From: the human T2T-CHM13v2.0 reference genome, Homo sapiens
Assembly: GCF_009914755.1 (NCBI RefSeq)
Contig: NC_060926.1
Length of the DNA stretch: 64,000 bases
Reading direction: 5' to 3' (one strand)
Shown: piece after piece, positions 55,696-64,000 of the stretch
Layout: every line of letters starts with the position of its first letter
Numbering within the stretch: position 1 is the first letter of the stretch
Notes under the pieces: generated by a model
What the model was told of the DNA's origin: nothing
Seen by the model: only the letters and a program-made list of their open reading frames with translations
Databases searched by the model: none
Translations under genes and position numbers: made by a program

Positions 55696-58600
55696 GTTTC
55701 AGACTTACTCAAGAGCTACTTCATTTTACCTTGAAATGCTGCTCTTCAAAAGGAAAACAACACCTATCTGTAGATGAAAACGTAAAGACAGGTTATTCCA
55801 CTCTCATGCAGAGGCAACTGGTCTGGTAGAAAGGGCCCTTGTTTCCTAAACTAATCAGGGAACAAGGTTCTAGCCTCAGACAGCACTAAATTACTCTCTG
55901 AACTTGAGAAAGTACTCCCCTCTCCGACCTCTGTTTCCTTATCTGTAAAAAGAATACATACTTGCCTGACTCCAAATTCCACACTCTGGCATGCAAGGGC
56001 CATCATCAGAGCTCCCCCTAACTCTCCAGCTTTCCAGCAGGCATATGGAGAGGCTGTGATGAGAAGCGGGGTTTCCTGATGTAATACTACGTGTGTTAGC
56101 CAAGGGCACAGCCCTGTACGAATATCAGAGATCAGAGGTTTGTGTGCCGAGTACAGGAGCACACATACAATCAGTGCTCAGTAAATGTGTGTTGAATGAA
56201 CTAATTAGTAAAGAAATAAATAGATAGGGCACAGGTGCCAATAGGTGAGCACAGACTTTCTATAGATGGGCCCTAATCTTGAGCCTACTTATTTGCCCCC
56301 AGGCTGGAGAAAGGACACCTGGAAGCACTCTGACCCAATCTACCTTTGGATTTAAAAATACTACCACTACTAAGAACTGCTAATATGTGTTGGTACTTAG
56401 TACGTGCCAGTCACTGGGCTGTGTCTCACTTATAAACATTGCCTCATTTTATTAAAATGAAGCAGATACTGTTGAACCCCCTACACTTCAACAGATTTCA
56501 GGAATCACAGGTATGGAGAGACTAGAGCTGCCATCTAGATTATCTACTTCTGGTTGTGCAGCAGGACAGAAGTGCATCCGTTGCTAGCCTGAGAGCCCCT
56601 CTTGGGGTTCCTACGGGTCATTCTCCAGAACATGCATCCCTGCATGAAGGCCAACATTGAGATAAATGACTACTTAAGGATCCTACAGAGGTAGATTCTA
56701 CCAGGAGCTATGTCAGAGGACCTATGGGTTATGGCTGCACCTTGGAAAGGAACCCCTCAAAGCTACTAACTTCATGCTTGCATGCACACGTGTGTTCATG
56801 TGTGTGTGTATGCTTTTAATGAGAGCCTCATAGATACCGAACTCTATGCCAATCCTTTCCACATACATTTCTTTTAATCAACACAGCATCTTGATTGGCT
56901 AAGTATTCTTGTTCTGTTATTTTATAAATAAGAAAACTGGAACAACATGAAGATCTGTTCATCTCTGTAGCCCGTTTCTTAAGTATACATTCTATTGCAT
57001 TGTTGTTCCTGTCTACCACCTCTGCCCACCCCCATTCTATGGAGGCAAGAATCTTCACTTCAAGTCCCATTCGCTTGTTATGGTTACAAGTCATCAAAAC
57101 TCTCTGTGCCTCATTTTCCTACCCACAAAATAAGTTGTCTTTGATTGCTCTTTTTTGAAGGTACCGTGTGTGGCTTGACACTCTAGGCTGAGAGGAGATG
57201 AGGAGAGATAACCCACAGACTGTTAAGAGAAACTGAACACTGGGGTGATTTATTCTAAGATGAGAGGGCCCATTGCTTCATTAATGGCAAAATTATTATA
57301 AAAGAGGGAAATAGCTATTTTCCATTTCTAGGGAGACATATTTATGGAACAGTGCCAAATATCAATTAAGACCTTAGGTCAGATGTGAGAAAGGGGCATT
57401 AAGCCTCTGCTAGACTAGGGCAAATTCTCAATGGCTACCTTTTGAAGCTCCCTATCCTGGTCTCATAGGGTCTGCTGGATAGACCTTCAGGGTGGAGGTG
57501 GTCAGGGAACACAGGAGAGGTTGGAACGCACAGGCTGATACAGGAAGGGCAGAGGAGTAGGGAGTCCATGTGCACAGGCACAGCGTACAGCTCCAGTTCT
57601 AACCAGAGATGAAGAATTAGAGGAAGAAAAGGGTTCATCCCAGGAAACTAGGATCTGCAGCTCAGGATCTCAAGTAACCACTTCATGCCCGGTTCTCGGC
57701 CCAAGGCTGATAGCTGGGGCTCTCAGTGTGAGCAGCCTTGCAGATGTGGGCAGGTAATGCCAGCAGAGTGCACAGGGCTCCCATGGCGCTGGTGGTCAGA
57801 GCAGGGAACCACAATCCGCCCACACTGATGTTGTGGCCAACAGCACATCCAGTTCATGGAAAAAGTCTAGAAGCCAGGGCCCCTTCAGCTAATACAAAGA
57901 TGTGATAGTTTTAATTCTCAGTGAGTGGAGGCTGTGGCATTCCCTCAGTGGCGCAAATGTCGTGATGACAAGATTTGATAGGAGGATCGTGTTCCACCCA
58001 TGACACCACTGAGCACCACCGATCAGCTACTGTTAGACAAGACTCTAGCCACATTCCTATTGCTTCTGCTTCCAAAACTCCATCTGCATTTGCATAGCAG
58101 TAATTTGATGATTTTACACAAGCTCATTGTGGCAAATATTTACTAGTTTTTGCTTCAAACAGAAATACAACCTCAGACTTTGATTACCCCCATTTTACTG
58201 ATGAACAAACTAAGGCACAACACCCAAAGGCAGCCAAAAACAAAAACAAACTGAGTCACCAGCTGAGTGAAGGTGAAACCCTTAGACTCCTATGGTTTAC
58301 CCAAAAATGATGAGCTGCCAAAGGCACCACAAGATGCTTGCAGTGAGAATATGTCCCGATATGTCCTCACCCAAAATCATCTGGCACTATGTAACCCGTG
58401 TGTCTATCAATGCAGTTCAGCTTAACTGTCATTTCCTGGAGACTGCTCGCCCTTCACAGAGAACTGTCCTAGACACCATAGGCAACCTTGCTGCACGATA
58501 CACTCAGCTCTCAGCTGGGGCATGTTCTGAAATCACAAGCTGGGCTCCAGATCAGACCAATTGAATCAGAATCTCTATGAGTAGGGCTTTTTTTTAAACC

Positions 58601-59275
58601 TTTCCAGATAATTACAATGTGCTGTTAGGATTGAAAGCCACTTCTATAGGAAATGCAGAGACAAATTCCAAACAGTAAGGAGCTCAGTCTAGTAATAGAT
58701 GATCTTCAAACGTCACCAGGAAAAGGAGAACATCAAAACTGCTCTCCTGTGTGCGGAGTATTAAGACAATGCCAAACAGACAAAAATCCCTGGACTTTTC
58801 TCTGCCGTAAGTGACTGAAATCATCCTCATGTGGTAGGATGTGGGGATTTTCCTACCCCACAAGGTAGGAAATCTGGTTTTGTCCCAAGAAAGTACAAAT
58901 GATTGAAACCAGAATCCTTGCCTTCTTCCACTATGGCACTGCTATTTACAAGAAGCCTTCAAACTTCCAGCTCTTATTAATTCCAGAAGTAGTAAATGAT
59001 CTCCAGGAGTGGTGGAGCAAGGCAGGCATGTAAAGCAAATAATGAAAGACAAAGGAAATTGCCTCATGGCCTGATGAGAGGCTAATGGATGTGCAGACAG
59101 AGACACCAATGTGTCACCATTAATGATGTCACTTTAGGAAAATCAGGAGGCCGAAAATTTTTTTTCATGCTTTGCCCTACAGTTATTTCCTATCTATTCA
59201 TCTTAACAAAAGTGAATTTGAAAAGAAAATGTATACTTGTTTAAAATGTTAGTTTGGAGAAATGAGGACAACCTT

Positions 59276-59322
59276 TCTCTTTTTCTCTCTCTCTCTTTCT
59301 CTCTCTATCTCTCTCTTTCTCC
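59276..59322. repeat. Imperfect (TC)n tract
   Basis: Directly visible. Confidence 0.8.
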
Positions 59323-61569
59323 AGTTGTCTCACCTTTGGTATTACATTTCCTGGCAAAGTAATGGGACTTCTGTTAAGGTCCACGGATAGTCATTAACCA
59401 AGTGGCATTTACATTCATTCATTCCACGACAGCCTGCTGAAATGAAACTAGTCATTTGATAGTATTAGCTACTAACATCGCCTAGACACCAAAGGTCAAA
59501 GAATGCAGTATGCCTTATTTATAGTCCAACCTTTTGCCAAATTTTTATAAGGTCTAATGGATGCATTTAATTGCCAAATAAATCAATGTTGACAGTTATA
59601 CCCCCTCTGCAGTCCTAGATTCCAGATGTAGACAACCAAATTATAAAAACCCACGTTCTCCAGGCCTTGTCTTTTTTTTCAGAAAGCAAAGTTTTACCTG
59701 TACAAAGGAATATGAGAGGATGCCAGGAGCACACGTCAGTCGTTCAAAAGAACTTTTCATGGAACTAAGACCTCTAGGGAATATAAGCCACACAGCTAAG
59801 TTTCCACATGTTCTCATCACTTCTCTCACCTTTTTAAATGTAATGTGCCCGAAAAGGATGAAATATTGAGTAAAAAGCAGCAATTAAGTATCCTCTTTAT
59901 CTGTTCTATTGTGGAGTGGGGTTTTATCTTGTTGAATTATTTCCTCACAGGCCCTAGTCAGAAGAATAGAGATTTAAATACTCCTGGATCAAACACTTTG
60001 TCTTGCTTGGGGCAATAGAGTAGAAATCAAAATATTTCTCTAGCCAGTTGCTGCTGCCCAATACAACATTTCTTCTGATTAATGATAGGTTTTTAATCAA
60101 AACATATTCACCATTTAAAACATAAACATAGCTTAGTATAAAATTTGCTTCTTTATTTTTTTTTCTATTTTCTATAGGGGAATTCTCATGCCCAGGCTGA
60201 CACCTCTTCTACATTTTTCATCTTGGCTAACAAGGTTAAATAAGCATAAACAGAACTTAAACAAATCATCCATACACAACACTCTCTTTCTAACCAACAG
60301 GAAGCCACTGTAAAATTGAGAGATTTCAATGATAAAAAATGAGACAACGGAACTATGAAAGATGCCTAGAGAAAATGCTAATAGTTGTTCTTTAAGAAAA
60401 TTCAAGTTAGATCCCAAGTCACAATATACATGGGCCGCAAAAAGTTGTCAATAAGATAAATATTTTTAAAATAAGATAAATCTATTTTTATATTGAAAAT
60501 ACCATTGACTCTCATTATAAAATTGAGATATCACACTACATTTTAATCTCATGACCTGTTTGAAAAATTACCCTGCATGTCTAGAAAACTATACATTTTT
60601 AGAGAAAAAGGATACATAAGAGTTTGGAATAAAGTATAAGTTTTGAGTTAAAATAGCTCAACCTCATAGCATACCTGAACTGGACACTGAGCCCTATGTT
60701 AGGGTTTCATTATGAGACTGCCTGCAACTCTTCCAAATTCCTCAAAGACTTATTTTCTGTAACTCTGTGAAAGTTGTCAACCTGAGAAATTAAGAGTGAT
60801 TTGGTTTGAAAGATAAATGGGCAAAACACAGGACAGACAACAAATCATACCGAGCTCTTAATCTCCCTGAAGAGTGTACACTAACCAGAACAGATTATTG
60901 AAGGGGTCCCAAATTTCTGAAACCCGCATAGTTCATGCTTTTAATCCATTCTTCGATTCATAGATTTCATGGTTGCAAATTCTAGAACACGGTTTCCTTA
61001 TGCACAGGTATGCTAGATCTAATCAAACCAACTGGATGGCAATGTGTTCATGTCCCCAGTGCCCAAATCGGAGTGATTTCCATTGCTTAAACCAGTGTCC
61101 GCGACCAGCAACCAGTCGGTCTCCTGTGTCTGAACACATCTGATGGAGTTTGGGATCTACTGTAGATGTAAATGAAGAATCTAAGATTTTGATCCTAACA
61201 GAAGAAGAGCTAATAAATGAAAGGCTGATTCACTTGCTTCATTTTTAGTCCACACTGGGAATCTGTTAAATTAGCAGGTTTGATTAATGTATTAACAATA
61301 CAATACTCTTGATTTATTTTAAATGGCTTGCTATACTTCCCAGAAGCATAAGGTTTACTTGTAATGAGATGTGCAGGGCAACAGAGCTTCCTATGACTTC
61401 AAACTCCCTGGGCACATGGGAAGTTTGGTCTGGGGGGCTTTTCTCTGTGCCAAAGCCCCTGCTTGCCAGGCCTTTCCTCCTCATCCTTATTTCCTCTTTC
61501 CTTCTCTTTAATCTTCCCACTGTCTCCTTCCTCTGCCTTGAACATACCTGAAGCTCCCCCATGTTTATG

Positions 61570-61725
61570 TTAATAATGTATTATTATTTGATAATGAATA
61601 ATAAATCATTGTTACCAATCAATAATTATTATTAAATAATTAAGTAAAATTTAATAATTAAAGGATATTATTTAATATTAAGTAATAATTATTAGATAAT
61701 AATAAATAAATAATTATTAAATAAA
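61570..61725. repeat. AT-rich low-complexity region
   Basis: Runs of (AAT/ATT)n-like sequence. Confidence 0.8.
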
Positions 61726-61761
61726 CCTTCAAGATTCTGGACCCATTTCTAGATATTGTCC

Positions 61762-62460
61762 TTTTTTTAATTTTTATTTTATTTTATTATTTTGGGAGTA
61801 CAGGTGATTTTTGGTTACATAGATAAATTCTTCAGTAGTGATTTCTGAGATGTTAGTGCACCTGTCACCCGGGCAGTATACGCTGTACCCAGTGTGTAGT
61901 CTTTTCTCCCTCACCTCCCTTCCAACCTTCCCCCTCAAGTCCCCAAAATTTATTATATTGTTCTATGCCTTTGCCTCCTCATAGTTTGGCTCTCATTCAT
62001 AAGTAAGAGCATACAATATTTGGTTTTCCATTCCTGAGTTACTTCACTTAGAATAATGGCCTCCAGCTCCATTCACATTGCTGTAAAAGACATTATTCTG
62101 TTCCTCTTTATGGCTGAGTAGTATTCCATGATGTACATACACCACATTTTCTTTATCCTCTGGTTGGTTGATGAGCACTTAAATATGCAAAGATATGGAA
62201 CTATGCTTTCACATCTTTGCAATTGCAAATTCTGCTGCTATAAACATGTGTTGCATGTGTCTTTTTCACATAATGACTTCTTTTCCTTTGGGTAGATAAC
62301 CAGTAGTGGGATTGCTGGATTGAATGGTAGTTCTACTTTTAGAACTTTAAAGAATCTCCGTACTGTTTTCCATATTTACTTTCCCATCAGCAGTGTAAAA
62401 TTATTCCCCTTTCATCACGTCCATGCCAACATATATTGTTTTTTGACATTTTAATTATTT
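61762..62460 (-). mobile_element. L1PB-type 3' end
   Basis: Antisense L1PB 3'UTR (gtgatttctgagatgttagtgcacc...ttccattcctgagttacttcacttagaataatggcctccagctcc) with a T-rich tail. Confidence 0.88.
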
Positions 62461-62519
62461 AATTTTAATTTAATAAATATTTTAATAATTTTTAATTATT
62501 TCCAGATACTTTTATTTAT

Positions 62520-63360
62520 ACTTCACTCTTTTCATAACCAAACTTCTCAAATAAATGGTATTCACTTGCCTCACTTTCTTAATCCCCTTCAATCCTCAGC
62601 TCACGGTAGTCTGGTTTTTGTCCCCAACACGCCACTGAAACTGCCCTCATTAAAGTCCCCCATGGCTGCCTCCTGCTAATGCTCCTCATCTCCCTGCAGT
62701 ACTTGCTGCTGTAGCCACGTCCTTCTTCACACCCCCTCCTCCTTTCACTTCTGTGCTTCTCCATTTCCTAGATCCCCTCCTACCTTTGTGATCATTCCTC
62801 CTCTGTGACCTTCTTTAACTGGCTTTGCTTGGTAACAGACACATCTGTTCGCATCACTAAAATGCTTCAGGGGTTGCCCACCTCTTACAAAATAAAATCA
62901 GGTCTCCATAGCATGGGCTGCAACGTCCTTCAGGGTCAGCCGCTACATATCTCTCCCAACCATTCAGTACCAACCCATCTTCTGCTTCAGCCATGTCAAC
63001 CTTTTTGCAGTTTCACAAACAGGTTATGCTATTTCACGCTCCTGTACCTTTGTACAGAATGTTCTTGACTCCACCCCCATCCTCCACTAAGGAATTCCAG
63101 CTCATCTTTTAAGACTGAGGACAAAGGTGAGTAATTCTGGGAAGCTTTGTCTGCCCCCAAACAGAGGCAGCAACCCCACCTGAGTCCTGGGCATCTGTGA
63201 CACATTTTCACTGTAGAGCTCTGCACCCTGTTACGTCTCCCATATCCGAGTCCTGTGAGGTCAATAGGTTCTTGTTCATCTCTCTGTCTCAGGTTTGCAC
63301 ACTCCACCTACCACATGATTAGGGTGCAAGAAATGCATGCTTCTTTTACTTCTCTAATTT
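62520..63360. mobile_element. L2 remnant(s)
   Basis: tctggtttttgtccccaacacgccactgaaactgccctcattaaagtc and ccagctcatcttttaagactgag...tctgggaagctttgtctg are typical degenerate L2 motifs. Confidence 0.6.
62784..63030 (-). other. EVA1A: Candidate distal alternative first exon of EVA1A
   Basis: Minus-strand donor CACAAAG|GTAGGA (GT at 62783-62782). It fits my recollection of an EVA1A isoform starting ~9 kb upstream of the CpG island. The 5' end cannot be determined. Confidence 0.35.
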
Positions 63361-64000
63361 AACATAATTTGCCCTGAGCTTTCTATTCATTTCATAGAAA
63401 ATTTTAATCTCAGTTATTACTGGGGCATGTCCCCTCCCCAGAGTCAGACGGAAGTCCAGTGTCAGGTAGAGGTGCATGACGCAGAGCATGCAAAGAGACT
63501 TTGTCTACCTGGTCACCATATCCAGGCTTGTTTTCCAAAACAGCATGGAACCCTGAGGCAAGTTCTTCTAAGGCTTGGGCCTGGGGATTCTTTTCACAGA
63601 GGTTCTCAAGGTCACAGACTTTAATGTTTAGTTATTTCTACCCCAGTGCCACTTTCAGCCCCTCAGCTGCCCTCATTGTTCGTGCTGTTGGAAAGCAAGG
63701 TCCAGATGATCATACTTCAAGGGCACCCCAGTGACTCTGTTCTTTCTCTCATTTTCAGAGACTCCCTCAGTCTCCAGTCAGGGTGCACACCTTCAGAAAT
63801 GCAAAGCTCCCACTCCTGCCCATCACAGAGCAGCATGATTCTCCTCAAGGTGCATAGGGAGCTGAAACAAAAACAGAAATAGGGATGTCTCCTACTGGAA
63901 AACCTGTTTTCAGCCCCGCAACGAAACAGCTCTCAAAGACAAGGGCATGACAGGGTCTTGCTACCTTTTTGAGGCAAAGAGTACCCTCAGTGAAGAAACC

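Overview
Human (or great-ape) genomic DNA, not microbial. The window covers the 5' half of EVA1A (FAM176A/TMEM166, human 2p12) on the minus strand. It holds a CpG-island promoter and first exon (~53989-54240), a 123-nt non-coding exon (15651-15773) and the first coding exon (11342-11494, encoding MRLPLSHSPEHVEMALLSNILAAYSFVS). A possible distal first exon lies near 62784-63030, and the last coding exon lies left of the window. Most of the remainder is intronic interspersed repeat (nested L1s, Alus, MaLR/MER11 LTRs, MER DNA transposons, L2, MIR). Items the ORF track does not show: (1) a decayed, intron-less FAM90A-family retrocopy at the left edge, split by a MER11 solo LTR with a 6-bp TSD; (2) an old local duplication whose repeats bracket the EVA1A start-codon exon; (3) an L1PB insertion with a ~190-bp 3' transduction and telomere-like filler at an internal deletion junction; (4) a micro-inversion through an Alu head; (5) a THE1D LTR with DUX4 motif, E-box, TATA and splice donor, positioned to drive antisense transcription; (6) uORFs and a weak annotated start codon in the EVA1A leader; (7) an exon-shaped foreign insert inside an L2. 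Repeat subfamily calls are by eye from remembered consensus sequences, and boundaries without TSDs are approximate.
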